Shown here: positions 35,057-48,590 of the stretch, piece after piece
Layout: the number at the start of each line of letters is the position of its first letter
How positions within the stretch are numbered: position 1 is the stretch's first letter
NCBI RefSeq assembly: GCF_001194135.2
Contig: NC_068987.1
Location: 27,703,269-27,767,268 of the forward strand
DNA length: 64,000 nt
Direction of reading: 5' to 3'
From: Octopus bimaculoides
Taxonomy: Eukaryota
Notes under the pieces: generated by a model
Told to the model about the DNA's origin: nothing
What the model saw: the letters and a program-made list of their open reading frames with translations, nothing else
Databases searched by the model: none
Program-made: the position numbers and the translations under genes

Positions 35057-37099
35057 TATATACATATGTATGCATTCATACATACTGACGAAAATGGAAG
35101 TACATGTTTTCATGTTTTATATATAATCATTAAAACAAATTTCATATTTGTATTTTCTCATCAAGAATCTAAGCTTGTATATTTAATGATGTATAAAGAA
35201 TTAGTTGTTACTCATTTAAACGGGATGAATTGGGGATAGTTACTCAGAATATTTCTTTGATTACTAAATGGGAAAACGGTGGATACTAATATATGTAACA
35301 TTGGGAGTTGTAGATCTTTGAAATTATCCAAGCAATTACTAGTTTCTATAAAGCTAAACAGCAGAAGAGTTAAGTTGTGGGACAGATCTACTCCATTCTA
35401 TATCCTGTACATTGTCCACCAATTTCCATCAACTGAACTTGATAGAGCTGCTTCACTTCCTGATTTATTTTAAATATATCCCCAACGGAAATTTTGATAA
35501 CTAATTTCTAGTATAAATTCAGATGATTTCTGTTTTTCAGCTCATACGTGTACCCCTACCGAATTACCTAAAAATGTGACAAACGTTCCTCTCATACATT
35601 TAACCTCAGCTGCAGTGATGATATTTATAATCAATGCCAGTGCATTCCAATCATATGATGATATTTGCCGTCCCCTACAGTAATTTGATTACATTTTTTG
35701 TAACTTTACATGAATATTTTCCCCATTATTATCAATACAGCATTTGCTTTATGACTGTTATACGCAATACACTTGCATAGATATTGCCTTCTAAACTGTT
35801 CATAAAAATATAAATTGCCATTTCATCCTTTAAGTGTAGCAATATTAGATGTATCAAGCATAGTATATACTTCTCACTTATGCTGCAGACTGAAATGATA
35901 TTTCTCTAAATGAATATAATGTTCCTACATACTGACTGACACAAGCTATTTTGTTGATAATAAATGTACTTCGTGCATCATACACATATAATACATATAT
36001 TTTTAAGCAAAAATAAAGATAATGATTTCAAGTAAAGTTTTTTTCCAACTGTTATTGTTTTGGACATGTAAGATTTACGCACGATGCAGTTTTTATCATT
36101 GCATTTTCCTCTTCAGTGTAAAATGATTTTTCTGTGCAACTAGTAACTGAGGTTAAGGTCCCAAATAAGGAAAAATATATACCTTGAAACGGGGAAAAAG
36201 AATGAAAACCATGACCATGAAGTGAACCGTCCAAGGCTTGAGAAGTCAATATCTCTAATCTAACATATTGCATTGTTATATTTTTATTTTGCTCATTTGA
36301 GGAGAAAATTGAAGAGGAGCATTGCAAGTGGCATAAACTATATTTAGATATGAATGGTTGCTCTAAACATGTGGGCATAAAATTAGAATGCTTATGCATC
36401 AGTTTTGCAGACAAAATCGAAATACAAGTTTTCACTAAAACATAGAGATGACAAAAATTTCAGAAGTGAATGAATGCTAAACTGTTCTACTGTTTAGCGT
36501 TTAAAGTTTCACATCTTAAAAGCATTAGGAATATTCTATATGTACGAAATACTATATTTCTTTTAGGCTATCAATAAATGTTATTCTAGTCTTAAAGAGA
36601 ATTTTAGACTTTATTTTGACTGGACATCTCCCCAATGGAACAGCTATTAAGATAATAATATTTTATATTGTCGGATCTTGTTCTCTTTATCTTCCAAATT
36701 GGAAACATTCACTCTTTAAATTCTATGGGGTCATGAAGATTCTATTGCCCTCGATAGCTTGCTAATCTCAAGCGTAAAAATTGTTCAGTTGTGTAGTTTG
36801 AAGAATGGAAGTTTTTAATCTAAATAAATTAGTTGATATCCAGAAGTTACAATAAAAACAGTGGGGAAAGATTTTTTTTCTCGTTTGCTGTTGCATGGGA
36901 TTTTTCCACTGAATTTAAGTCGTTTTCTAACACTGAATACAAATTTAAAATCGTTTTTTGCCTGTATGTACTAATTTTTATGCAATGAGAAATTTATACT
37001 TGTAGGGAATTTTGATTTTTGCATGGGTTTTTCAACTAGATGCAAATGTATAAATGATCCCAATAGATTTTATTATGTATGTGGCTACAACTAACGTGT

Positions 37100-38290
37100 T
37101 CGTCAAAAGCAAAAATGTTTGTGAGGCGTATCTGTAAGACCTATTTTCACGTTCACCTTGGATACCAAGACAAGAAGTGGTTTCCACCTGTTGCGTGCCA
37201 TAAATGCGAGGAAGGGCTTCGTTATTAGCCAGCAAGAAAACGAAAAGTGCCCTATGGACTCCATCCGGAGTCCCTATGGTTTGGCTGAAGCCAAACCACC
37301 ACATAACTGACTGCTATTTTGCCTAGTTAACACTAAAGACATGGTGAGGAAAAGCCCAGCATTACCCTTGAATTTTGACCAATTCTTCATTCTGTGGTTA
37401 TGCATCCTCTGAAGATGAAAACGGTAAATCCGATCTGGAGTTTGAAGTAATGGTCTGAGATTCCGAAGACTCCTAATCTTATGCCAAATAGTCATCAACT
37501 CCTCATCGTTTTAATCAGGCGGAATTGAACGACTTACTGTGTGATTTGTCACTCCTCAAGAAACATCGGAACTATTAACCTCCTCTCTAAATGAAAGCAA
37601 AACATTTCCTCTTGAATTATCTGCCAAAGTCTCATATTTCCGAATGCAGGAGCAAATTTTGTGGACTTTTTTTTTTCAGAAGGCAGCAATTTGTTCATTG
37701 CCACGACCTTTTAGGCCTTCTCAGATAGTTAGGCATTGTTCAGTATGACCCAAGACATTATAACCCAAGGAGATTATTGTAACTGCAGTATCCAATGTGT
37801 TCTTTTGCATAGTAGCAAAGTTTCTGGTGCAGTCCCAGTTGGTCAATTGGTACTTTTGTTAGAAAAACATAACCTGACTTACTCAAATATCGTGAGTACA
37901 ACTGCATTATCGGTGGAGACAGAAAGGTTTCTCTAAGTTCCCATGCTATATCTGCATGTGGTACAATGGACCCAGAAGGAATGACCCGACCGTAAAACTC
38001 AGAATGACCTTACCGTCACCCGAGAGAAGATAATCTCTCCCTACATATATGGATGAACTAAGGATGGTTAACAGTGATCCATTATGATAATATATATAAG
38101 TGAATATGCATATTGGTGTATCTACATGTACATGTAAATACATATGAAACAGTAGTTTGAGAGAGTACATGTGGTCCTTATTTCTTGCTAGTTTAATGTC
38201 TTTGAACATTTGGAAGATAACGCTAATATCACACAACCGTTAACCATTTGCTATATTAGATTTTGCACTTTGAATCTTTCCTGTATCTGT
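37100..38290 (+). mobile_element. Decayed DNA transposon transposase, Chapaev3/CMC-like (family name from memory)
   Basis: Fragments in order: LGYQDKKWFP..CHKC; GVPMVWLKPNHHITDCYFCLVN; RFNQAELNDLLCDL; SIQCVLLH...AVPVG. These match a widespread transposase family with GDQDKxWAPH...PMVWREPxNHxxDCYFC...QxELNDLVRDL...SLKxVLLH motifs. Confidence 0.7.
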
Positions 38291-38895
38291 AGTTCTGTAG
38301 CATCGTATGTCAAAGATAAGGGCTGGAAGTCCATCGTCATAAATTTAATCTTGGGCAGCAAGTGATTCATCTAATATCGTTCGTTTGCTCTATGTAAATA
38401 TAGACAGAATATTACGTACTTAAACAATATTTAGGGCTAATCCTGCTTACTGCCAACAAATATTGGAATGGATTAGAAAAATTGTCCACAAAAGTACCTG
38501 CCATCGAATTTGTGCTCGTCGGTTTAACGCAATTTATTACTGTTAAATTGTTTGTGAACCGCATGCAAAGCAAAGGTAACTGAAATACCTGCATTTATTA
38601 CTACTATACATTAGTACTACTATTACGAAACTCAGACTATATATTTTGGATACATGGTGATAGACCCACAGCTACGGGGATACATCATTTATAAAATCTT
38701 GAATGCTGACGGGAGGACATTGACTCACCAATAGATTGATTGAGTTAGCAAACGATTATCGAGGTACTTACTTAGATAATTGCTCAATTTGTTAACTAGT
38801 TGAAAATGACATATTACCTATATGAACGCATGTATCTATGAATACATATTCCACACACACATATACACACATGCATACATATATACACACACGTT

Positions 38896-38964
<69 letters not shown>
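38896..38964. repeat. (TAGA)n microsatellite
   Basis: Read directly. Confidence 0.95.
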
Positions 38965-38966
<2 letters not shown>

Positions 38967-41636
38967 ACAGTTAGATAGGGGAAAAGTAAGACGAGGCGGA
39001 TAATAAGAGCGAGAAAAATATAGATTCACATTTATTGTAAATTTATATATTTTGACTCCTCTCATTTTATTATTGGCATTACACTTTTATTTAATTTTAT
39101 ATTTGATAATCTAGCAGTTACCGCCTTTACATATCAGAAACACTCTCCTCTCTAAGAATACACTTCTCTATGCCACACCTCTAACGTCTATACGTTACCA
39201 TATTATTTCATCCCTCCTATCTCGTAAATTCTGGAGCATATTTCCTTTGTTATAGTGTTAACTGTCTTAATCATGACAGGTGAATGCGATAATATGATAA
39301 TACACTTAATAATACTGCATAGTGGTGGTTAACCATTCAGAAGTCAAACCTTGAAAGTCACCACCCCTTAGAATATGTTAATTATATTGATTTAAATATT
39401 TGTTCTATATACAGATTCCTTTGAAGTCAAACATGCACAATGTATAAATGCGAAAATGTTGAAATTGATTTAAATATTGCACCCAGTATTTACATTCTTT
39501 AGTTCATGTATAAATGCGGCTCAACTCAAAAGTAATGGCAGTTTATTCATTTAGCTACTGTAGGCGGTTTTTTTTTAATTTTCACTTTTCAAAGGGAAAA
39601 AAGAAAACGCATTCTTGTTTCTGAGAAAATGCAGGAAAAGTAGAGCCTTTGTAACTTTAAAAAGGAAGGTTCCACTAAGATTCTGTGTTTCCTTTGTTAT
39701 AATCTGTCGACTAATAAGGAGAATGCATACCAATTATAAACTAACTTTAATCGTTGCAATTATCAAGCAACATACAATTAACAACCTTACCCCAGTTCAA
39801 GCTTGTAAAAAGAGAGAGTAAGGAAAGACAAAAGACACACAAATTTGTAAAATATGACTAAAAGCATAAACAATAAAAGAGATACATAAGAATGAATTGG
39901 AGAAGAGAAAGGAGAAAAGTATTAAAGAAATGTAAACAAAAGGATCGAATTTCAGTCAAAAAACTTCAATCGATGGGTTGTAAAGAGAATTATATTAGTT
40001 GCATGTTTTGCATTCTAGGTTTAAGTTTCGTTTTCAAGCTGGAGCAACAACTGAATAAAAACTGTATACGACTGGTTTGCAACTTAATTATTTCGAAACA
40101 TTTTTATCTATTTTATTTAACTTTGCCTTTTTGTCTATTTAACCTAACCGTTAATTGCAATTTCTTTTTATCGACATATTCAAATTAGTTTTCTAAATTT
40201 CTTCAGGCATCAACTCTTCGTGGAATTTAACATTTTGTAAAACACTTCAAATATAGAATCCCAAAGTATATATAAAGTAAAACGACATTACTTTCATACA
40301 GCATGCACTTAATTAAGGAACATGGTACACTATGTAATTTATAAACAATTCCAAGGGGCATTCGGAATACAGGGTGCTAGATAAATATTCTATCACAACA
40401 AGAAACTCTCTTAAACAAATAACACTTTAATGGTTAACTAAAATTTAATCTGATAATGTGCAGTTTCATGACTTTCAGTATATCCCGTCTGTTGCTTTGT
40501 AACATGTGGCGAAGTGAAGTAGCACAATGACGCTAATATATGTATTTAACCCTCGATAATTTCTATAAGATGTATATGTAATATTAACCAACAGGGAAGT
40601 CCTTTGAAACCATGAGTGTACGTCTGTTGAATCACCATCGGTGTATTATATAACTCGAAAATGGAGACTGAGGGGAGGTTTCTAACTACTACTTTTCTAA
40701 CTTATACTGTTGTGAGAAAGAATTAAATGAATGTTTAGGGCAGCGTTTTGTGTCGAAATTACGGATAATCTTTATGAACGATTAAGGAAATATAACGTTT
40801 CCGGACAATATAAAATACAATATAAAGAAAATTATAAACCACTAACATTTATAAATTCTGCATTAGTTACTTATAAAAGGATAAAGTATAATACCATTTA
40901 TGCTCTACCTAAATTGAACATGAGATTAACATGGTTGTAGAGCAAAACGCATATTAGTTCAAATTTCAAGTATGAAAGCCTGGTAATCAAAAAACAGATC
41001 ATTTTTTAAAAGAAAGTTGAGAGAAATGAATAAGTTATAATACGATATCAAATGTGCAAATCGATTTCCACCTGACAGAACCCGGACAAATGTTGCACGG
41101 AGTCAGGGCTAGTGAGATATTTAATTGGCTTTCAGAGGAAACAAAGTAAGATATTATCATCCTCATAAGATAGTGTTTTAAGTAGTGGGTGTAGACATTT
41201 ATACTCAATAACATTAGTCTGGGAGATATACACAAATAGTTAATACAAATGTGGTTTATAGTTGAACGGTGTGATAGAGAGAGTCTAATCCAAAAGATGC
41301 AAAATAGATGAAGCTCATGCGTTAACACAAAATTAGAAACATATTATGTTGGATACTGTTCAATGATTTGCTAATGTTAAGTATAGCATTATTACTCTTC
41401 CTAGAAGGTGTCGAGTGTAAGCCACAAACTGGTATAAAGCAGGCCACAAGTAAACATGACTTTTAGGAAGCCATGTCATTAACGTGTCCTTTTATTACCA
41501 TATTTGTATTCCATTATCATGGAATGTTACGAAAATATCAAAGAAGTATAGTGACCAGTAGCTATGTCATATTTAAAGTTAATACTCTGATTTAATAATG
41601 TGCATTCATTAAAAAGAATATGCTAAATATTATAAC

Positions 41637-41788
<152 letters not shown>

Positions 41789-43559
41789 TTATCTGCGCAC
41801 ATTTATTAGCAGTCTAAAGATTATAAAATAATGATCCAGGTATTTCTAATCTATGCATCACATATAATCGCATTATTAATTTTCTTGAGAGTTGGTCAAT
41901 TTTTGCGCCTTTTAATAGTTTTATAGTTTATTTGTAATATGCAGTAACGCGAAATGCTAAATACGATGTTTGTATACTTCTAAGTTATGTGTACTCTGCA
42001 TAATACAATGACGTACTTCACGCGTTGCAAACATCAGAAATTTGGTTCTATGTTCAGCAGAGATATACATGAATGTTTTCTACCTAATGTATGATATATA
42101 CAATTATAGATTACTTGGTTAAAGAACAGTGCCTGGTTTAATATAATTTCGCTAATTTCTAGTTAGTTACTCTAAGCGACGTATTTTCGCTATTTTAATG
42201 ATTAAAATAAAATAAGATAAAATAAAATAAAAAAGTTATTTATGACAGTGCATTGTAATTTTTAAAAGTGATTGTGGATTAATTATTTTTTAGGTTCGGT
42301 TTTCAATAGTGAAACAATCCTAATTGTTCTTGTTATTAAAACAATCCTAATTATTCTTGCCATGGTGTACAAGTATATTTCGAAGAATGATAGTTTATGT
42401 GAGATTATATTACTCATTGTTGATAGGCCAATTGAATTTGTTACATTCCGAACCTTTCTAATGCATAAAAGAGTACAAACACATAAAAAGCTAAAGGAAA
42501 CGTCTTAATTGCAATAATATTATAACCAATGAATCTATGTAGTTTTATGTAAGGATATACGTAGCATGCTTTAACTTTATATTGCATTATGCTTAACACA
42601 AAGAATATCTAGCGTATAAATAGCATTAATGGATGGTATTTACACACTGAGATTCTATTTTTAAAACGAAAATGAGGGACAAAACCGGATGTTAATATTA
42701 TGCCTATGATTATATAAAATACAAAATGAGAAAAACATGTCCGCAGTTTTGATCACGAGATGTTGATCGATACAATCAGAACACAGAGAATCAGTACTGA
42801 ATTTCTCCACTGTAAATCTAAGTCCATAACAATGGTCTAACTTCATCTTTGTCACCTGAATTTAAAGCAAGCACAAGTCAGACATTCTGAAATGCTTTTA
42901 GTATTCATAATTTTATTTCACTTTAAAGAACAGGTTTGATACTATGGAGATTTGTCATATAATTTCTCATTTTGGAGCATGTTCTTTGGGTTTTGTTATC
43001 GAAGGAATAAATGTCAATACACTACAGGCCCTTATTTTATCAATACTGAATGAGTGAACTCCAATGTAGCCTGACAAAACGGTTGGTCTGATTCACGACT
43101 CTTTCTGACATTACATGATTGTTATATTCATCTATGAATGAACAATATACACTGAGGATGAGTACGTGGAATCAGGTTTGTTGCGCTCAAATCTCGTAAG
43201 GATACAATTTTCTTTCATTCATTGGACTTCATAAAATAATCTATCTATTTTCATATTGCAAAGACAACAATTGATAACTGTACCAATACTGTGCGAACAT
43301 AATTCATTGAAACGTTTTTTTTTTCTTTGCTTTTTGTGTGTGTGTTGTAAGCAATTGCGGAGGAGGATAAATCAGTCAGAAGGAAATATACGAGACGACA
43401 ATACATGTGCATTTTATTGAGTATCACATTATATTTCTCTCTCTCTACACGCACGCGCACCCACACACACACATACACACCCCACACACATACACAACAC
43501 ACACATATTCACACATTCGAGCGCACACACACGTACACACGTATACACACACACATACA

Positions 43560-44460
43560 CTCACAAGCATTCTGTTAAACTCCGACACGTCTGTTATGGT
43601 AGACAGTTCTGAGTCACACTCCCCCCTTTCTACATGTGGACTTCTATTTGATCACCTTCGCTCTCTAAACTTTGTTAACTCACTAACACCACATCCGTTA
43701 CTTCTTGTGCTTTTCCCGGCTACTTACTGTCAAATTTCTCTCAGAAAGATAAATTTCCGTTCATCCACCATCTTTTGTTTTTGTACCCTACGCCTTACGT
43801 CAGATTTTCACTTGACGCTCGCAGTTATATCTTCTGCATAGATTTCACTTGCTACTTCATCACAGTTACCGCTTCTTCTTTGTAGATATCACAAAGTTTT
43901 ACCATCGTGTGACACTGTGCCAAACCCCTGAGAATTTTGCCATTGTTGTGTAACTTTTAGCAATTCATTTGATCTTTCTCTTCACAGAATCCATAACTTT
44001 TTCTCTCATTTTCAATTTTCAGTTTAAGATTTTAGTGCCTTCTGGAAAACCGTTTCACTTTTACTTTTGTTGTACATTTTCACACATATCAATATCACCT
44101 TCTACATTTCTCTCACGATCCCATGTGCTTCATCAATGCCGTTATTCTCTTAAACATGCAACCGTTCTCACCTTCTTCCTTATAGTGATTCACACAATCC
44201 ACCTAAATATTACATATACACCTATCATCACCCAACAAATTCCACTGTAGCCTACACTTGCATAGATCTATATATACACCACTCTAGCACATAGACATCA
44301 CTTTCCCTTATGCTCATTTCAGTGAAAGATATTCTCTGATACTTGCATTTTTAAAGCCACCCATTCGTTGCTTCTTAACTCACCCATAGAAGAGCATTGC
44401 CACCTGATTTCTAACACATTCTCTGTTGTTTTGAACTGATTATTTCACTTCCTCACTCCT
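43560..44460 (-). mobile_element. Very old RTE-like LINE remnant
   Basis: Weak minus-strand traces: an EWV segment where LGVxEWLV is expected, YAEDI (cf. YADDL) and a decayed Cys/His-rich segment; purine-rich minus strand. Confidence 0.35.
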
Positions 44461-44950
44461 TATATACTTCTCTCTATCTCTCGTTTATGAAGTAGTAACG
44501 TCCACAACGTTAAGATAATTTTCTTTTTCTCCATGAAAGTAAGTGTTGAGCTTATGCCCTATTTGTCAAACTTTCTTCTTGTGTTGTTGATATCTACCTT
44601 TATTGTGAATCTGTGTGCATAATATCAGGATTATCTCTCTTCAGTATTTCCCATTAAGGAAGGCTTAAGAACCAGAAATGCGTGTCTGGATATGCGCTAG
44701 AGGGAAGCATTGGGCAGGTATGGTGTTTTTACACCTTTTACCTTAAGAGGGAACTTTTCGTCACGGTAACCGGAGAAAAGTTGACCGAAGTGTGTGGAAG
44801 TGATCGAAGATGCATAGGCAGTGCAAACGAAAAAGAGAAATAAGTTATACAGGAAGGCATCCTACAAATATTAGAGGAAAAAATATACTGGACTGTGTAC
44901 CACTAGTTATATGAAATGTTTACGGCTGAAACACATTTGATACACACATA

Positions 44951-46250
44951 CACTGAACCGCAAAAGAAACACGATTTTTTCAAATGTCATTTTTATATTG
45001 TTAATTCTGAAAATCTATTTCGGGGATGTAAGTGTTAATATTCTAAGAGATGCTGGTTTAAGGCAGAGACACAAATTGCTGGTAACCTTTCAGCTTTTCC
45101 TGAAACGAGACGCCAAAACGCAGCTGCTTTGAATGCCGTTGGTGGCAGTCGCAAACAATTGTCATGAAAACGTGCATCTCGTGGAGGTTATGGTTATAAG
45201 AATCCACTTGAACCTCGTTCCTGACATTCGTAATTTGGACGCATCAGGTATGGCCCTGATAATCAGCAGAGAGAACAAGCTGTCGGCCGATTGCAAGCAG
45301 GACAGCATGCCCTGGTTGTTGCGAAAAATTCCAATGTCCATGTCAGCACCATTTATCGCCTGCAACAGTGATACATCAGCACCAACAGCACTGCAGACCG
45401 TGCCCACAGAGGGCACCCTCGGGTGACCACGTCCAAGCAGGACCACTTCATCCACCTCCAACACTTCTGTGGTCGCTTCAGACCGGCCAGCGTGACAGCA
45501 CGCGAGATCATAGGCACTGGAGAGCGACCCATCAGCGACGACTATCCACTAACAATCTGCGTTGCCATCGTCCTCCTCGAAGGCCTGCCCTCACCGCCCG
45601 CCATCGTCAGGCATGAATACAGTGGGCTACACAGCATCAACATTGGCAGCATCAACATTAGAGGTCGATAGTCTTCTCTGACGAGAGTCAGTACTGCGCT
45701 TCCACCTCGAATGGCAGAGTGAGAGTGTGGCGTAGGAAGGATGAACGCTATAGAGACACATGTGTCATGGAGAGAGACGCGTGGAGTGGTCAAAGCATCA
45801 TGGTTTGGGTGCTACAGGCCTGAATCAGCGAACAAGGCCCCGTGTGTTCCAAAATGTTGGTGCAGGCAGAGGGAATTGTAGCACAGCGCAGTGCTACGTG
45901 GACCAGATCCTAAGAGATGCGTGGGGTGGCCAAAGCATCATGATTTGGGATGCTATAGGCTCCGGTATCAATGGCCTTTGTGAATCGCCACATGTACTCA
46001 ATGTACCGATGGTATACAGCCATTTTGAACGCCAGGGAGGGCATACACGGTATTATACACGTCATGCTCTACAATCTCGATGTGCTGGATCCGTCCACCA
46101 CCAGAACACATGGCAACGACTCATAGACTGTGGTCAAAGTGCATCCGAGAAATTGACTTTATCAGATTTATCCAAATTTATCTCTGACATAATGAAATTA
46201 AAAGATGTTTTACAGTCACACACGTCTCGCGTTTCTTTTGCGGTTCAGTG
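44951..46250 (+). mobile_element. Tc1-family element with perfect 20-bp TIRs and TA duplication; transposase disrupted
   Basis: TA|CACTGAACCGCAAAAGAAAC ... GTTTCTTTTGCGGTTCAGTG|TA. Translation includes REQAVGRLQAG, VSTIYRL, RGHPRVTTSKQDHFI, VFSDES, GRVRVWRR, GQSIMVW and GGHTRY. Confidence 0.92.
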
Positions 46251-46292
46251 TACATATACCTATGTGCAATATCACAACTCTGCTCCTGTATT

Positions 46293-47026
46293 TATTGGGT
46301 TGGCAACTAAGTTCCTGCTGGTTTTTTAAATTTTGGAATGTATTTTTTTTTTTTTGAGAATTCTATTTTTAAATCATTTTAGAATCTACTTTGTTTCTTC
46401 TAGTTAATTCTAGTTAATTTTTGTTTATTTTCAGATCATTAAAATGGAATGTCAAGTTAAGAAAAACGAGCATTTTCGACACCTCCTTCTTTTTGTTTTT
46501 AATCAAGGGAAGGGATTATCCATTATGAGTTGCTTGAACGGAACCAAACAGTCAACGCGGAACTCTACGTTCAACAGATGGAACAACTCATCACGGCTAT
46601 TCAAGAGAAAAGACCTAATCGGCAGCATGGAGTTCTGCTGCACGACAACGCCAGTTATAAGGCCGCAAAAGTCATATCATCAATATGACTAAGGAAGCCA
46701 TTCAAGCGCATGGCTGGGAAGTGCTGTCACACCCACCATACTCTCTTGATTTGGCACCAACGGATTACCACCTCCTTCGATCGCTTTCAAATGCTATGCG
46801 TGGAGTTTTGTTCAATACTTATGCAGAATTGAGAGATTGGTTGGATCACTTTTACGTGTCGAAATCGAGTGATTTCTAGCAACGAGGTATTGAAAATCTT
46901 GTTGAACGTTGGGAAGGATGTAAACAATAAGGATGAGTACATTATTGATTAATTAGTTGTTATTTTTTATTAAATCTTAAAAAAAAAAAAATTTAATAAA
47001 CCGCGGGAACTTAGTTGCCAAATTAG
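46293..47026 (+). mobile_element. Internally deleted mariner element, same family as 59184-60454
   Basis: TIRs TATTGGGTTGGCAACTAAGTTCC / GGGAACTTAGTTGCCAA. MECQVKKNEHFRHLLLF is joined directly to the catalytic region (LLHDNA...HPPYSLDLAPTDYHLLRSL). Confidence 0.9.
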
Positions 47027-48028
47027 TGGATTATGTTTTATGTGAACGAACGTGTAATTCACAAGCACGACTATTCTTAAAACAAATTTCATGACCAATC
47101 GGCGAGATAGAGTGTGACAAGCCTGAACTTTTGAATTGTTATAAAATTCCGTGAGGAAAGAGATGGTGAGGAGGCAGGAGACAAAATACAATACAAAAGA
47201 AATAAAAATTGACCTGATAACTGGGGTGGTAATTTATTTAACGAATGAACGTAAGGTAAATTTGAGCAGGTCGTTTGTTCAGCATTCTCTAACACACTTT
47301 AACAATTCTGATAATTCATCAATCTGAGAGTATTAGTAACCTGAAATTCTAGAGTAATATAATTCATATCTGAAGTAGCAGAAACAATTTTAGATATGAC
47401 GTTTACAATCCTCAAACTCCAAAAAACGGCACCCGTGCAAAGCTTTATAATTACAATATTCTTACTTAATAGGTACAACACATGTCGTGCGTATGTATTT
47501 TTCGAAAATAAAGTCATAAAATATTAAAGACTAACAAATTTTAGTACAAATTTCCCAGTATAGCCTTTCTCCAACGTGGTCTCAGCATGGCCTGATAAAG
47601 ATCATATTACCATAGATTCGTAATTTTATTTACAAAGTTAAACATGCATAACTAATGGTTTTATATTTACGTATGTAGGTAATATGTGACTGAATTTGAA
47701 CACTATTGGCAAAGATACTTAAAATAATATGTTTTCGTAGGGCACAATTCATATATGCAAAGTGTTTTGAAATGACAGGTCACGTGTGCAGCATACACAG
47801 CGTTTCAGCTTTCCAGGAAAGGAGCTCGATATGTCAAATATGACCGCCAACTTTCACCTAAAAAAAATCGATATATGCATAGATAATGTATCGTAAATTC
47901 ATAAACGTGAAAAATGCTCATGCGAGGTTGAAAGTTTTCTCTTTTTTCATTATTATTATGGATTTCTTACATTTTTTTCAATCCTTTTAAATAGTATGAA
48001 TAATTCATAAATTTCAAATTATATATAT

Positions 48029-48069
<41 letters not shown>

Positions 48070-48497
48070 TCGCTACTCAATGGAATATTTTTTACTGAGA
48101 TAAGGCAACTGGACATTTTTCCTGGTGTACTATTTTTGACATTTCCATAAAGTGTAGTTAGCCTCTCAGTAGGATCAGAGTTGGCAAATTAACGCATTTA
48201 TCCAAGATATCTACTCCGGTATTGATTTCTGTACTTTTCTTCTGCTCACAACAAACAGCTTTCAGATAAGAACGGAGTAGTTCGTTGTTTATAATTTCTT
48301 ACATTTTAGTCTCTCTCTACCTATCTGTCTATACANNNNNNNNNNNNNNNNNNNNNNNNNNNNNNNNNNNNNNNNNNNNNNNNNNNNNNNNNNNNNNNNN
48401 NNNNNNNNNNNNNNNNNNNNNNNNNNNNNNNNNNNNNNNNNNNNNNNNNNNNNNNNNNNNNNNNNNNNNNNNNATATATATATGTATATATATATAT

Positions 48498-48499
<2 letters not shown>

Positions 48500-48552
<53 letters not shown>

Positions 48553-48590
48553 CATAGATAGATAGATAGCTACATACATACATACATAAT
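48500..48590. repeat. (TAGA)n/(TACA)n microsatellite
   Basis: Read directly. Confidence 0.9.

Noticed and set aside
35400-35430. Minus-strand DGNWWTMY, considered as the upstream WWxY exon
   Set aside because: The spacing is wrong (WWTMY), a stop follows within three codons and there is no donor site.
36050-36440. 127-aa minus ORF, and a plus-strand NENHDHEV reminiscent of MULE-type HNH motifs
   Set aside because: A single short motif with no other transposase landmarks; too weak to call.
41060-41330. IFNWL...DIIIL pattern resembling the start of an L1/Tx1 AP-endonuclease
   Set aside because: The QET catalytic motif and downstream motifs are absent; insufficient evidence.
42753-42855. Minus-strand signal-peptide-like sORF MDLDLQWRNSVLILCVLIVSINIS* after a plausible acceptor, considered as the first CA10-like coding exon
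   Set aside because: It ends in a stop with no good phase-compatible GT donor and lacks the WWxY motif; RNA-seq junctions would be needed to revive it.
45696-45709. Exact 14-bp match (GCGCTTCCACCTCG) to the inner TIR of the MITE at 12843-12856
   Set aside because: It lies inside Tc1 coding sequence with no TA flank or extended similarity; probably coincidence.
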